In this document: positions 20,901 to 29,688 of the stretch, in pieces | Layout of the letters: each line of letters opens with the position of its first letter | How positions within the stretch are numbered: the stretch's first letter is position 1 | NCBI GenBank assembly: GCA_035327665.1 | Contig: DAOLCW010000003.1 | Span: 1,216 to 65,215 of the forward strand | Direction of reading: 5' to 3' | Length of the DNA: 64,000 bases | DNA from: Kiritimatiellia bacterium | GTDB taxonomy: Bacteria > Verrucomicrobiota > Kiritimatiellia > CAIVKH01 | The notes under the pieces: generated by a model | What the model was told of the DNA's origin: nothing | Databases searched by the model: none | The model's input: the letters and a program-made list of their open reading frames with translations, nothing else | Program-made: the position numbers and the translations under genes

Positions 20901-23900
20901 GTGGACCGGGTTGACTACGACGCTGGCACCACGCCGATCGTCAGCGACTCCCTCAGCGGCCTCGTAACCACCAACGAGGGGTCGATCGTCCTCATCGGCC
21001 TTGGCAATGTAACCGCGAACGACCGGGTCGCCGCCGACGGGGTGGGGGATATCCTGCTCTTGACCGTCACCGGTACCCTTGCCTCCGTCGATTACACCGC
21101 TGACATTGACCTCAATGCCCCCGTATCCTCCGGCTCCGGCAACATTTCCATTCTCGCCGGCAACCACTTGATCCAGCGTCCGGATGGCGATGTGACCACC
21201 CAGGGCGGCGACATCACCGGCTTCGCCACCGATGGCTCCATCACCATGGAAGACGGCGCTCTGTCGGCGACGGAAAACGGAAACATCATCTATCTCGCCA
21301 GTTCCAATATCTTTCTCGGGGGGCTTGATGCGGGGACCGGCGATGTCAACCTCGTGTCCTTTGGAGGAGACATCCTGGACGGTGGCGACACTCATACCGA
21401 CGTTGTCGCGCGCGCCCTTCAGATTTTCGCCCTTGAAGGCGGAGTGGGCCTCACCAACAACGCCCTTGATGTCACGGTGGACCTGCTCGGCGCGCTTGCC
21501 CTTGATGGCGGCATCCGGATCACCGAAAGCGACGATCTGGTCATCGGGAATGTGCAGCCCATCATTAACAACCTGGTCCTTCCCGACGGAACCCTCACCC
21601 AAACCAACTTGCCGGGAATGGCTGGTTTGGTGGTGTCCAATGGACACATCCTCGTGGACACGCTCGCCGGCTCCATCGTGGTCAGCAATGTCATCGCCAA
21701 TGCCGATGAAGGGAATATCCTCCTCCGCGCCGCCGGTCCCGATAGCGATATCGTGGTGCTCGATCTCATCTATGCCGAACATGGCAACCTTTCCATGATT
21801 GCCGCCCGCGATGTCCTTCAGGACGCCGATGTGTTGAGTGTGGGCTCCGGAAGTATCGATGTTTATGCGGAGGCCGGATCCATTACCATGATCGACAGCA
21901 ATGTGACCTTCGCGGCCAATGGTGCCGTTCGCTACCATGCCCGCGATGACATCACGGTCAGCTCCCTCATCTCCGCCAGCAACACTGTGAGTCTCATCGC
22001 GGAAACCGGGAATATCTACGATGGTGGCGATGACCTGCTCGACATCATCGCGCCCAATCTGCGTATCCAAGCTGCCCGGGGGGCGGGCACGGAAAGCAAC
22101 GCCATGGACACCCTGATCGGTTTTCTGTCCGCCCGGGTTGGTGAGGACGGCCTCTTCCTTGAAAACCAAGGTATCCTTCTCATCGACACCATTGCCGATG
22201 TCACCACCGACCGGGTCCTCTTGGATGGTTCCACCCTGGCCGTGATCGATGAAGCCCAAAGCGATCTCATTGCCACCAATGGCGGCAGTATCCGCCTGAG
22301 TACCGTTGATGGCAGCATCATCGTGCTCGACGGTGAAGCGCCAGAAGATGGCCGCGCCATTGCCGCGTTCGGAGGAGGCACCATCTCCCTCAATGCCAAC
22401 GGGAGCAACTCCCTTGTCTACATCGATGCCGACATTTTCAGTGAATCCGGCGACATCTGCATCAAAGCCGACAGCCATGTCGTTATCACCACCAACAACG
22501 TGTTGATTTCCGCCGGAGGCCGCGGAGCCATCGCCCTGTGGGCCGACAACGACGGAGACGGATCTGGCGATATCCTTCAACTAGGTGGCACCGTCCGCAG
22601 CCAAAGCGGAAACATATACTATGCCGGTGAAAACATCCGGCTCCTGGGTCGCAGCCGGGTCCAGTCGACTTTTGGTTCGATATCCATGCGCGCCGCAGAT
22701 CAGTTCACGATGAGCGGGCAGAGCCGGATCACCACGTTGTTCGGGGCCATCGCGATGCAAGGCCGTGACATCAATATCAACGGTCAGGTCCGGGGTGGTA
22801 CGGTGGGCCTCACCGCCCAGCGCGACATCAAGGGCCGGGGCAAGGTCATCGGCAACAGCATCAGCCTTCGTGCCGGCCGGCACATCGGCACGGCCCGGAC
22901 CGCCTTCAATGTGGACGCCGGGGTTCTCGCCGCCCAGACTTCGCGGGGCAACATCTGGTTGATCGAAGACAACAACGTGACCATGGGCGCCGTCCCCCGG
23001 ATCAATCTCCGTTTCGGCATCCCCGAATGCGCGGCTCTCATTCCCACCGCGTCTGCACGACCCCTCTCCGGCATGCTTTCCGCCGGGTTTATTGAATTGG
23101 ACGTCGGCGGCAACCTCAACGGAAACTTTGTTCAGGCTGCCGGCAACATCGATCTGAATGTTCGCGGCAGTGTCAACGGACTGGATACCCTGCGCGCGGG
23201 CGGCAACATCCGCGCCACGGTGGGTGGGGACTACACCGGCCGCGAAATCTTCGCCGGAGGCGACCTTAACGCGGTCATTGGCGGCGACCTTCGTTTCGAT
23301 ACCATGGAAGCCGGCCGCATCTTCGTTCAGGCCCGCAACATCTACATGAGCCGGGTCGTGGCGCGGCGGTTCGCCGAATTCCGGGCCCGCCAGAACATTT
23401 TCGACGCCCGTTCCCTCGTCACCACCCCCGACATCATCATGATTGCCGGAACTACCATCGGTGAAAATGCCGCCATCCAACTGAATGCCCAGCGCATCGA
23501 CACCATTCAGGGGGGAGGAAATGTTCGCATCGTCCAGATCAAAGCCGGCGATACCCCCTTCAACCTTCTTCAGGCCGGGGGCACTCTCAACGTCAGCGTG
23601 CCCAATGGAGGCTTGAGTGACCGGCGCAACAACAACCAGGTCAACATCGTGGCTTCCCAAGGCATCATTAGCGCCCACTACATGGGAACCCTGGAGAATC
23701 CCCTCGATGTGCGGATTGGGCCTGGAAACCTCCTCGTGGATGGCGGGACCCTTTCCGGTCGCGACACCCCCGACGGTTACATCTTCATTCACATGAACGG
23801 TGAGATTGGCAAGGTGGGTGGCCGCACCTTCGACTTTATCGGGGCCAAACAAATCCCCGGGCTGATTATTTACAACAGCCGGATCATGGGCGGGAAAGAC

Positions 23901-24191
23901 GACATCCTCCGCCGGTTCAAGCGCGCCTATGGGTGGCTGGGCGAGGCCGAACGAATTGCCGGGCCGGAAGGACAGTGGAGCGATAACCTGTACTTCCGCA
24001 CGCTACTTCAACCCACCGGCGATTCGTGGGAAACCTTCATACACTACATTATCCGTGATCAGGCGGAAATTTCCGGAGAAGACGGCCTTCTTCCCGCTAC
24101 CGCCGACAAGGAGAAACCCGGCACGTCGGAGCCTCCCAAAGCCAAGACTACCGAGGAGGCCAAGGGTACACCCCTCGCCGTTCTCCGGTAA
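14946..24191 (+). CDS. two-partner secretion exoprotein (TpsA; filamentous-hemagglutinin-type beta-helix), 3081 aa
   Basis: N-terminal TPS domain: LPQGGNVTHGQATI, INYNSFNIG, VLNRVTGG, VYLINPNGILF. Long G/N/I/V-rich beta-helical repeats follow. SD-like GGAGGAG lies upstream of the ATG at 14946. Confidence 0.9.
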   Translation: MVMTARIQRRWSRVTHALTPFLCAGMLLLQVLPALALPQGGNVTHGQATIRQFGDRMVVIQRTPNAVINYNSFNIGGHETVRFIQPGPNAAVLNRVTGGGRSTIAGSLLANGHVYLINPNGILFSSSARVNVGGLVASGLGMSDRDFLSRNMRFSGGGGEVINHGSINAGGMAYLVGRNVENHGSIRARDVVLAAGAESVVIDRAFDGKIRITVDGVEQPEDGNFNFDVEWKEGAPISSIENRLHPEWNLVDDEDEEFNAGEELVLVPIFTNGLVFNFGHITVPGDDKGQINLRGVRVAQLGTVQADGEFFGGGDVGVFGNELVIIGRGSHTSANAGLNGDGGEMLLIARGFLGIEEEAYMGVRGGSLSGNGGFVETSGHEGILLLSNPDAHAPHGVNGHWLIDPPNFVIDNKGDRRKCNFLGFNCKLPIKWDEDLMAVVPTQSTGYMDVSDLRKYLGEYGAMSIRTSGLSGSNRGDISLRNNLNYNSLGNSHGLLVFNAGGVIFLNGSITSSDANSSLSVIMLAGMQIQVNSTLNTQGGDVLFVSGTNSSSGTIFVDAPISTGGGHVTMLSQSASILINSSLNAGNGQVFLSAPGTVRIGSTFNAGRLSAIGSNVEITGTGNATINNDAMLIAQAGQFRVNSGGRLTSTGGDILISASGDANITGISAPVGNVIIAARNIRDSGDVHTDLRATYAMLIATNGIIGGSNPLETDIAFLSGYAGGGQFSVRQVASTQLQVQRATTTFINPAGSIDGFDSNYRATLSPISTNIPGVITGVLAAGTGYIDLNNTIGGINVSDPVIHTGNGAVLLTALNAGANIAIADTVASQNSYVSIRAGGNVSQSSAIAALNSYVNVDAGGNIIMANITNALTASGFGNIRYRAGNNATLQTLITSNGSIYVNSGNNVIQNGILYTMAGGSVFVESGGSITMDAEALAIVGANRNIRYDAGGNVTIGSLIATQGIVEVFSGSGSILSGGTNYPEVIAQQAKFVAPGGGVGTLGPGATPLIVSATNVAALGGSGGINLIVGGPVSIGSVGPANVNRVNASGSALVTSWGTLAGYTTINNGSIVHIGDGTTRVREQVVAVGTGNIAILGAPTNNNDLIIMNRINSDLGSTALIAGRNLTQIAGTLVESTGGHITMGAPNGILVQANTARTISRGGDIVMFAQTNIFLSSASSGTGTITMLSLTGSIFDFGDAHLDAQGAAIQFLAPNGTAGTSINPFETGVDRVAAFTGDGGLYLQNNGNLAVGPVGPVPLRIVDGEGALVVATNIAQVPGVIVSNGAVNVSTINGRINVDGPIYNLEQGNITLTAGGFLGDINVSNNILAVDGNVRLTALYNITQVSNIFAAGDGYIVVDALNGSITMSPATTALTFTANGNILYKADQNASIANLISSNGNITVQARQQITLHSNIFNLVEGTIDILSTLGSVSMADGALAFANDGNIRVQARNNVTVGSLISTQGNVAVIAQFGSILDGGESLPDIIAQQALLSAVQGGIGTLGPGANALEISVTNLAAVAGGGGMHIVNVGHVVITDVGPVPVERVATTGLSSPVGGSPSLSGLTTSSDGTISLTSLGSITVDRPVDADGTGGIFLATVTGEVSGVTYDIVPILINTNVQSGSGDISIVSGGDIEQRRHGNVLTGGGDIAAVALQGAILQTDGVRTETTGGTIANVARDNVVLSSLHAHSGDVVAISLEADLIDGGDLLTDIIGSQLFVATLDGRVGSATNRIETDIDALAGYAANGGIFILEDDDLVIGMANPLDIDIILNDAGVLATNIPIVDGLFSTNGSILVDTIVGSIDVQGTVGVLTEESLRLSANGGGSDLSINGIVYAAGGPVSLLGANHVLINTVVVSEVNGTIDVEAFAGSILMSDDAIVISGERDVRMTALGDVVLGSVIATQGAVRIEATLGSILDGGDTYPEILAAEAQLVATNAGIGVLGAGVADGLETGIGRLAALAGAGGINLANGGNLEIGTVNQVAVDRVDYDAGTTPIVSDSLSGLVTTNEGSIVLIGLGNVTANDRVAADGVGDILLLTVTGTLASVDYTADIDLNAPVSSGSGNISILAGNHLIQRPDGDVTTQGGDITGFATDGSITMEDGALSATENGNIIYLASSNIFLGGLDAGTGDVNLVSFGGDILDGGDTHTDVVARALQIFALEGGVGLTNNALDVTVDLLGALALDGGIRITESDDLVIGNVQPIINNLVLPDGTLTQTNLPGMAGLVVSNGHILVDTLAGSIVVSNVIANADEGNILLRAAGPDSDIVVLDLIYAEHGNLSMIAARDVLQDADVLSVGSGSIDVYAEAGSITMIDSNVTFAANGAVRYHARDDITVSSLISASNTVSLIAETGNIYDGGDDLLDIIAPNLRIQAARGAGTESNAMDTLIGFLSARVGEDGLFLENQGILLIDTIADVTTDRVLLDGSTLAVIDEAQSDLIATNGGSIRLSTVDGSIIVLDGEAPEDGRAIAAFGGGTISLNANGSNSLVYIDADIFSESGDICIKADSHVVITTNNVLISAGGRGAIALWADNDGDGSGDILQLGGTVRSQSGNIYYAGENIRLLGRSRVQSTFGSISMRAADQFTMSGQSRITTLFGAIAMQGRDININGQVRGGTVGLTAQRDIKGRGKVIGNSISLRAGRHIGTARTAFNVDAGVLAAQTSRGNIWLIEDNNVTMGAVPRINLRFGIPECAALIPTASARPLSGMLSAGFIELDVGGNLNGNFVQAAGNIDLNVRGSVNGLDTLRAGGNIRATVGGDYTGREIFAGGDLNAVIGGDLRFDTMEAGRIFVQARNIYMSRVVARRFAEFRARQNIFDARSLVTTPDIIMIAGTTIGENAAIQLNAQRIDTIQGGGNVRIVQIKAGDTPFNLLQAGGTLNVSVPNGGLSDRRNNNQVNIVASQGIISAHYMGTLENPLDVRIGPGNLLVDGGTLSGRDTPDGYIFIHMNGEIGKVGGRTFDFIGAKQIPGLIIYNSRIMGGKDDILRRFKRAYGWLGEAERIAGPEGQWSDNLYFRTLLQPTGDSWETFIHYIIRDQAEISGEDGLLPATADKEKPGTSEPPKAKTTEEAKGTPLAVLR
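17200..22600 (+). repeat. about 4 copies of a ~1.3-1.5 kb (440-500 aa) super-repeat inside tpsA
   Basis: GS(I/L)(L/Y)(S/D)GG(D/E/T)..P(D/E)(I/V)IA motifs at about 17860, 19367, 20690 and 22010. These alternate with G(D/S)I(L/F/I)D(G/F)GD.(H/L).D motifs at about 18515, 20047 and 21366. Confidence 0.75.
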
Positions 24192-24416
24192 ACGATACTC
24201 GATAAAAACCAGAAAACGCCGCGTTGTGTTGATTGGGTTGGATTCAAGCGACATCCGGTACCGATCAGGTCCTTTCGGGGCAGTGGGGGAGAGCGGTTAG
24301 GACTCGGTAGGGATTCGACAAGAACCCGGTAAAGACCCGGTTTTTGGCTTGCCTTACGTGACTGCATCGGGGAATGTCTTCCGTTGTCCTAGGCAATCTT
24401 AAGCAGGAGCTGGTAT

Positions 24417-24752
24417 ATGAAATTCATCAAGTTGATCCTTATCTCGATCGTGGCAATCGGTTTCGTCGGCTGCAGTTCACCCGGGAAGAAAGTCAAACGT
24501 CTTGAGCTGGGCATGACCCCCGCCGACGTCCGTGACGAAATCGGAGCCCCCAACCGGATTCGCGGAGCGAAAATCTACGAAGACGGCCAATCGACCGAAA
24601 TCTGGCAATACAGTACCACGTGGGGCTTCAGTCCCGAGACGTATTGGGTCTACTTCGAGAACGGAAAACTTGTGCAGTGGGGCCATCCCGGCGACTTTAC
24701 CGGCAATGCCAACCTGATCCAGGAATACCGTGCGTTCAAGCGGGGCAATTGA
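24417..24752 (+). CDS. small lipoprotein, BamE/SmpA-OmlA-like
   Basis: 111 aa. Lipobox IGFVGCSS, LELGMTPADVRDEIGAP segment typical of SmpA/OmlA-type domains. SD GCAGGAG upstream. Confidence 0.65.
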   Translation: MKFIKLILISIVAIGFVGCSSPGKKVKRLELGMTPADVRDEIGAPNRIRGAKIYEDGQSTEIWQYSTTWGFSPETYWVYFENGKLVQWGHPGDFTGNANLIQEYRAFKRGN

Positions 24753-24791
24753 CGCCGGGTTGACGTTCGGTCCAAGTCTCGTTATTCGACG

Positions 24792-26171
24792 TTGCGAACC
24801 AGCATGAGATGTCATTATTATCGAGAGTCCGTGTTCTGGACGGGGAGAATTCGGTTTCTTGATTGGCCCGGCATCAAGCTGGGCCTCTTGCTGTTGATCG
24901 TTGCGACACCGATTGCCCGAGGTCAGTTTCTTCGCCTTGGCCCTTTTGACTTTGATGCCGTGACCGGGGTGGAGTTGATTTATACAACCAATGTCGAACA
25001 GGAGCGCCCCTCGGAATCAACGGAAGAGCGTGAAGATTATTACGGGGTCTGGTCATTTGACTTGAGGTCTACAGCCGATTTTAATCCCCGAACCAAGGTT
25101 CAAATCGATACTGGCGTGGCCATTGAAAAGCATGTCAATCGACCTGACCTTGATAATTCCGAGAGGCCCTTCGGGCGGGTCAATGCTCGTTTTGATACAG
25201 ATTTCACCCCTCTGATGTTGTATGGCGCTTATCGATTTGAACGGACCTCCGAGTCTACCGATGATGTTTTTGTCCCGGGTGGCGGAAGGCGTAGGGAAGT
25301 GGGGACGACTAGAGACTGGATTTTAGGTCTTGATATTGTGTTTAGGTATCTTCGAGCTGGCATCAGTTATGGCTTTGTCGAGGACCGATTTGATGATGTC
25401 AGGCTTGCGTTCGCTGAAACCGACGAAGCAACCTTAACCTATTATGCTGAGCTTATTCCGAGCCGGTATTTTTCGGTGTTCTACAAAATGGAGCGCAGAA
25501 AAACAGATTTTATTAATGTTCCCGATGGGGAAGGCGACTGGTTGGAGACGGAGGAGTTAAAATTACGAATCAACATCAACGAACTTTTCGAACTATGGCC
25601 GCGCCCACAGATCACTTATTCGATTGGAATTGAGCGGGAGGAAGAGCAGCTCGACGAGAATGCCGAAAGTCGGGGGTGGGAGTTGACTCATACCCTTCGA
25701 GTTTTTGATGATTACGATGCAAGTCCAACCTTGAGGTGGGGGTACTTTTTTCAGTATGAATATAAGCAGAATCGCGCTTCGGACGAGGTCGCTTTTCAGT
25801 ACGGGATCAAGGTCACGCATGAAATTTCTCCCCGCGCCACTCATTCCTTTAGCGCGAGCCGGGAACCGATTCGTACGCTGGGCTCAACCCAGGACACAGA
25901 CGAAACGAAATATAACTATACGTTATCGTTGAGGGATGTAGTTTTCCCAGAGGTTAGTATGGGGGTGGCGATTGGCTACTCCATCAGCGACCCGGTCCAA
26001 GGACCGACAGAAAAAATATGGGATTATGCCTTTCGACTTGGGCACGCCCGTGCCCTCAATTCACGGCTAACCAGAAGGCTGACCTACACGTTCACCCGGG
26101 AGGATTCCAATCTTCAGGATGAATTACTGGATGTACATGAGGTTTCCCTCGCGTTTATCTATTCATTTTAG
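24792..26171 (+). CDS. probable outer-membrane beta-barrel protein at the head of the polysaccharide locus
   Basis: 459 aa. Hydrophobic signal-like LLLLIVATPIARGQ, alternating strand-like pattern rich in Y/F/R/D/T, C-terminal ...SLAFIYSF. Start uncertain. Confidence 0.55.
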   Translation: MRTSMRCHYYRESVFWTGRIRFLDWPGIKLGLLLLIVATPIARGQFLRLGPFDFDAVTGVELIYTTNVEQERPSESTEEREDYYGVWSFDLRSTADFNPRTKVQIDTGVAIEKHVNRPDLDNSERPFGRVNARFDTDFTPLMLYGAYRFERTSESTDDVFVPGGGRRREVGTTRDWILGLDIVFRYLRAGISYGFVEDRFDDVRLAFAETDEATLTYYAELIPSRYFSVFYKMERRKTDFINVPDGEGDWLETEELKLRININELFELWPRPQITYSIGIEREEEQLDENAESRGWELTHTLRVFDDYDASPTLRWGYFFQYEYKQNRASDEVAFQYGIKVTHEISPRATHSFSASREPIRTLGSTQDTDETKYNYTLSLRDVVFPEVSMGVAIGYSISDPVQGPTEKIWDYAFRLGHARALNSRLTRRLTYTFTREDSNLQDELLDVHEVSLAFIYSF

Positions 26172-26183
26172 AGAACTGGCCCG

Positions 26184-27347
26184 ATGCTCTACTCTCCACA
26201 TAAATTGATCGCATGGGCCCTGTTGTTGATTGCAACCGGATTGAATCCTCTGGAAGGATACGCGGCAGATGACCCACATCGAGCCATTATGGCCAATGAC
26301 CGGTTGAGAATCTCCATTTCAGAAGCGCCATCGTTGGACGGGATCTACCCGGTAGCCGGTGATGGAACTATGGATATACCTGCAGTGGGCCGGGTCTTGG
26401 TCGAGGGACTTTCTCTTGAGGATGCTGCGCGAGAAATTGCCACCCTGCTTGAGGCACGGCATTTTCGTCGGGCCACGGTGTCCCTTGAAATTTCCGAATA
26501 TGTTGAAGGGGCTCTCATGGTGCTTGGGGCGGTCCGTAATCCTGGATTGGTGCCGATACGGGGCGATCAATTGATTACTCTGATGGAAGCGATAACTATT
26601 GTTGGCGGATTGTCTGACCGGGCCGCATCAGATCAGGTTCGAATTTTAAGGTGGAAGCCGGGTGGGCGGATGGAACGGGAGACGATCCTGGTCAACATGA
26701 AAGAAATGTTTGACCGGTTGGATTTTTCTCGCGATCAATACTTGCGTCCGCGCGACATTATTTATGTTCCACGGCGTTCCGGGCAGGATGGATCGGATGA
26801 GTTTCTCGCCCTCGGTGAAGTGGGAAATCCAGGATTTCATCCCTATAGCGAAGGGATGAACATTGTTCGGGCGGTCGTCGCAGCGGGTGGATTGTCGAGG
26901 GAGGCTAGAATGGATGCAGCGAGGATCTTACGGCCATCACGTGATGGTGACTATGATCTGTTAACCATTGATCTCGGAAGGATCTTTGGCGAGGCCGATA
27001 TGCGGGCAAATATACCCGTGTTTCCCGGTGATATCCTTTTTGTGCCGTCTTCAGGGGCCGTGTTGGGCGGCCGTGTTTACTTTATGGGTCAAGTCGAACG
27101 ACCGGGAGCCTTGACGCTTCCGAGCTCTGGCGAAGCAACCCTTGCCCGCACGATTTTTACCCAAGTGGGATTTACCCGCTTTGCCAATCGGGGCAACGTC
27201 AAACTCATCCGGCGAGGACCTGATGGTTCCCGGCAAGAGTTGACGTTCGATGTCGGCCGGATACTTGATTCCGGGGATTTTTCCGGAGACATCCCTCTTC
27301 AGGATGAGGATGTGATTATGGTTTCGGAGCGACTGTTTGGTTTCTAG
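26184..27347 (+). CDS. polysaccharide export protein (Wza/GumB/EpsA family, repeated SLBB-type segments)
   Basis: 387 aa with a signal peptide. Motifs: LRISISEAPSLDGIYPVAGDGTMDIPAVGRV, VLGAVRNPG, repeated PGDI(L/I)(F/Y)VP. Confidence 0.8.
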   Translation: MLYSPHKLIAWALLLIATGLNPLEGYAADDPHRAIMANDRLRISISEAPSLDGIYPVAGDGTMDIPAVGRVLVEGLSLEDAAREIATLLEARHFRRATVSLEISEYVEGALMVLGAVRNPGLVPIRGDQLITLMEAITIVGGLSDRAASDQVRILRWKPGGRMERETILVNMKEMFDRLDFSRDQYLRPRDIIYVPRRSGQDGSDEFLALGEVGNPGFHPYSEGMNIVRAVVAAGGLSREARMDAARILRPSRDGDYDLLTIDLGRIFGEADMRANIPVFPGDILFVPSSGAVLGGRVYFMGQVERPGALTLPSSGEATLARTIFTQVGFTRFANRGNVKLIRRGPDGSRQELTFDVGRILDSGDFSGDIPLQDEDVIMVSERLFGF

Positions 27348-27351
27348 CCTC

Positions 27352-29634
27352 ATGAAAGAAATGATCCAACCTCCCCAGCGTCCGGGTATCGATGGTCCTG
27401 AGTCAGCTGGTGTATTACATTCGACAACAGACCTTAAGCCTGGCTTTGATTTAACCATGATCAAGCACTATGTGCATGTGATCATCAAGCGAATCTGGCT
27501 GGTTGCTGTTTGTTTTGTTATCGCGCTCGTCGTGTCGGTTATCAATCTATCCAGAGAAGTTCCGGTGTTTTCCGCCTCAGCTACAATCATGTTGAGTCAT
27601 GGACTTCGTCTTCCTCAACAAATGGTTCAACAGGACGTGGCTCACCTGGGCGACCGAATGGACACGGAGTTGCAATTGATGCGATCCCGTCAGGTGCGGG
27701 ACATGGCCAGAGATCGTATGGGACTTCCGGCTGGCGAAGTGGAGCGCAAAGTCCAAAATGTTCGGATAGGTCCGGTTGGGCGAACCGCCATGGTCTCGGT
27801 TCAGGTGACCGGGTATGATCGTCATGTAATCGCCGAATTTGCCAACGCGCTTATTGATGCTTACATCGCTTTTAAGGCGGAAAGCCGGTTGGACACATCG
27901 CAGGCAACGGTCATTAGTTTAACCCAGCAAGCGGCAAGGATTCAGGAGGAACTTCGCCGGGCTGAAGATCGTGTTCTCGCTTTTAAACGGGAGAACAGCG
28001 TGATTGCAATCGATGAGAGGGGGAATATCGCGGCGAGAACGCTGGCTCGTCTGTCCGCTCAAGCCGCAGCCTACCGAACCGAGAGAATGATTTTGGAGGC
28101 TCAACAACCGATGTTGCGCGAAGCTTCGGAAGATATTGTACTTGAGGCCTTGTCCTATATGGGAACGGATCGAATGCTTGCTCTTGCTACACCTCAAACC
28201 ATTCGCATTGCCGATGGAGGAGATCCCGATGGATCATTTACCTCCGAGCGGAGCCCTGAGGCTTTAATTGATCGTGGAATCCTCCAGCAACCTCAGTGGC
28301 ATGATCTACGCAAGCAGAAAGCCATTTTGGAGGATGATATTCAACAAATGCGCACAATGTTCAGGGACTCCTGGCCCCCGCTTCGCGAAAAGCTCCAAAG
28401 GTTGCGCGAATTGGACCGAGAGGTTGAACGGGAGGTTCAACATGCTTTGCGGAGATACTATGCGAGTTTGGAAGCTCTTCACCTCAAGGAACGTGCGGTG
28501 CGCCGGGCGGAAATGGAATGGGAGGAAGATGCCCTTGCGGTCTCGCGGAAAGCCGATGAATTCCAGATCCTCAACCGCGAGGTCTCTCGACTCAGGTCGC
28601 TTTATGATTTGGTCTATAACCGTCTTCGGGAAGTAGATATTTCGATTGGAGTTGAGCCGGAAACCGTGCGTATTGTGGATCGAGCCCGTCCGCCTGGAAG
28701 TCCAAATGCTCCACGAAGAGTGCAAGGATTGTTCCTTGCTGGTTTGATTGGAATTGGGATAGGGATAGGGTTGATATTGGGTCTGGAACTGATTGACGAT
28801 TCCATACGCTATCCGGAAGATGTCAAGCGCTACACCGGGCTTAATTTCATGGGTATCATACCCTCTGCCAAGTGGGATCCTGGCGACCTTCGATCGCATA
28901 TCCTCTCCAATATGGATCAAAAAAGTGGATTGGCCGAAGCCTACCGCAATGTTCGATCATCTTATCTTTACTCAACCGCCAATCTAAAGCATAAGACGTT
29001 GGCCCTGATTTCATCTGTGCCGCGTGAGGGCAAGACGACGACTTCCTTAAACCTTTCGGTGAGCTTATCTCAAGCAGGAATGCGGGTTCTTCTGGTTGAT
29101 GCCGACATGCGCCGGGGAGAGCTCCACAAATTTTTCGGACTGGAAGGAGGTCGCGGCTTGTCGGATGTGCTGGGGGGATCGGCCAAGCCGGACTCGGTGA
29201 TTCAGAGGACGGGACTTGAAAACCTCGACTTAATGGCGACCGGGCCTTTCCCCGCGACACCCACGGAGTTACTAATGCGAGCGGAGTTCCGGTCTTTTAT
29301 TGAATATGCCTCACGGTCCTATGACAAGATTATCTTTGATTGTCCACCCGTGATGGCTGTTTCCGAGGCAGCCATTCTCGGTGCTGCGGTCGATGGTGCC
29401 ATCATGGTGGTGTGGGCCGGCCATACTTCTCGCAAGGTTTGTCAATTGGCCATCCAAACGTTGCGTCAGCGCGGGGCCAACCTGATTGGCTGCATCTTAA
29501 ACAATCTGGAGTTTGGGAGGGTTGGCTACTACTATTACTCCACATATTACGGCTATTATAATTACGACAACTATTATGAGCGCTCGTATCGAACTTCGCC
29601 TGCGGCGTCCAAGGTGGCCAAGGACTCCGTGTAG
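27352..29634 (+). CDS. chain-length determinant / tyrosine autokinase (Wzc, BY-kinase)
   Basis: I chose the ATG at 27352, just after the Wza stop. Wzz-like N-terminal part with coiled coil, Walker A SSVPREGKTTTSLNLS, LLVDADMRRG, and a C-terminal Tyr cluster YYYYSTYYGYYNYDNYYERSY. Confidence 0.9.
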   Translation: MKEMIQPPQRPGIDGPESAGVLHSTTDLKPGFDLTMIKHYVHVIIKRIWLVAVCFVIALVVSVINLSREVPVFSASATIMLSHGLRLPQQMVQQDVAHLGDRMDTELQLMRSRQVRDMARDRMGLPAGEVERKVQNVRIGPVGRTAMVSVQVTGYDRHVIAEFANALIDAYIAFKAESRLDTSQATVISLTQQAARIQEELRRAEDRVLAFKRENSVIAIDERGNIAARTLARLSAQAAAYRTERMILEAQQPMLREASEDIVLEALSYMGTDRMLALATPQTIRIADGGDPDGSFTSERSPEALIDRGILQQPQWHDLRKQKAILEDDIQQMRTMFRDSWPPLREKLQRLRELDREVEREVQHALRRYYASLEALHLKERAVRRAEMEWEEDALAVSRKADEFQILNREVSRLRSLYDLVYNRLREVDISIGVEPETVRIVDRARPPGSPNAPRRVQGLFLAGLIGIGIGIGLILGLELIDDSIRYPEDVKRYTGLNFMGIIPSAKWDPGDLRSHILSNMDQKSGLAEAYRNVRSSYLYSTANLKHKTLALISSVPREGKTTTSLNLSVSLSQAGMRVLLVDADMRRGELHKFFGLEGGRGLSDVLGGSAKPDSVIQRTGLENLDLMATGPFPATPTELLMRAEFRSFIEYASRSYDKIIFDCPPVMAVSEAAILGAAVDGAIMVVWAGHTSRKVCQLAIQTLRQRGANLIGCILNNLEFGRVGYYYYSTYYGYYNYDNYYERSYRTSPAASKVAKDSV

Positions 29635-29688
29635 ACTCGTCGCCCGGGATCCTATGCACGGAAAGAGGCAAACTGTGGGGGGGCAACG

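Noticed and set aside
20565-22580. Long minus-strand ORFs inside big + strand genes. Examples: 20565..22580 (671 aa), 22581..23852, 2072..3139, 55004..56062, 59997..61163, 3689..4597.
   Set aside because: They lie antisense to genes with strong family signatures. Their translations are R/P/G/H-rich without motifs, which is typical of high-GC antisense shadow ORFs.
14946-24191. TpsA as a contact-dependent inhibition (CdiA-type) toxin.
   Set aside because: I could find no VENN or pretoxin motif and no recognisable C-terminal toxin domain. No small immunity-like ORF follows it; the next gene is a lipoprotein with a lipobox.
24192-24416. Possible intrinsic terminator or ncRNA after tpsA (AACCCGGTAAAGACCCGGTTTTTGG).
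   Set aside because: The stem is short and imperfect, and I could not support any conserved RNA fold by eye. Evidence is too weak to annotate.
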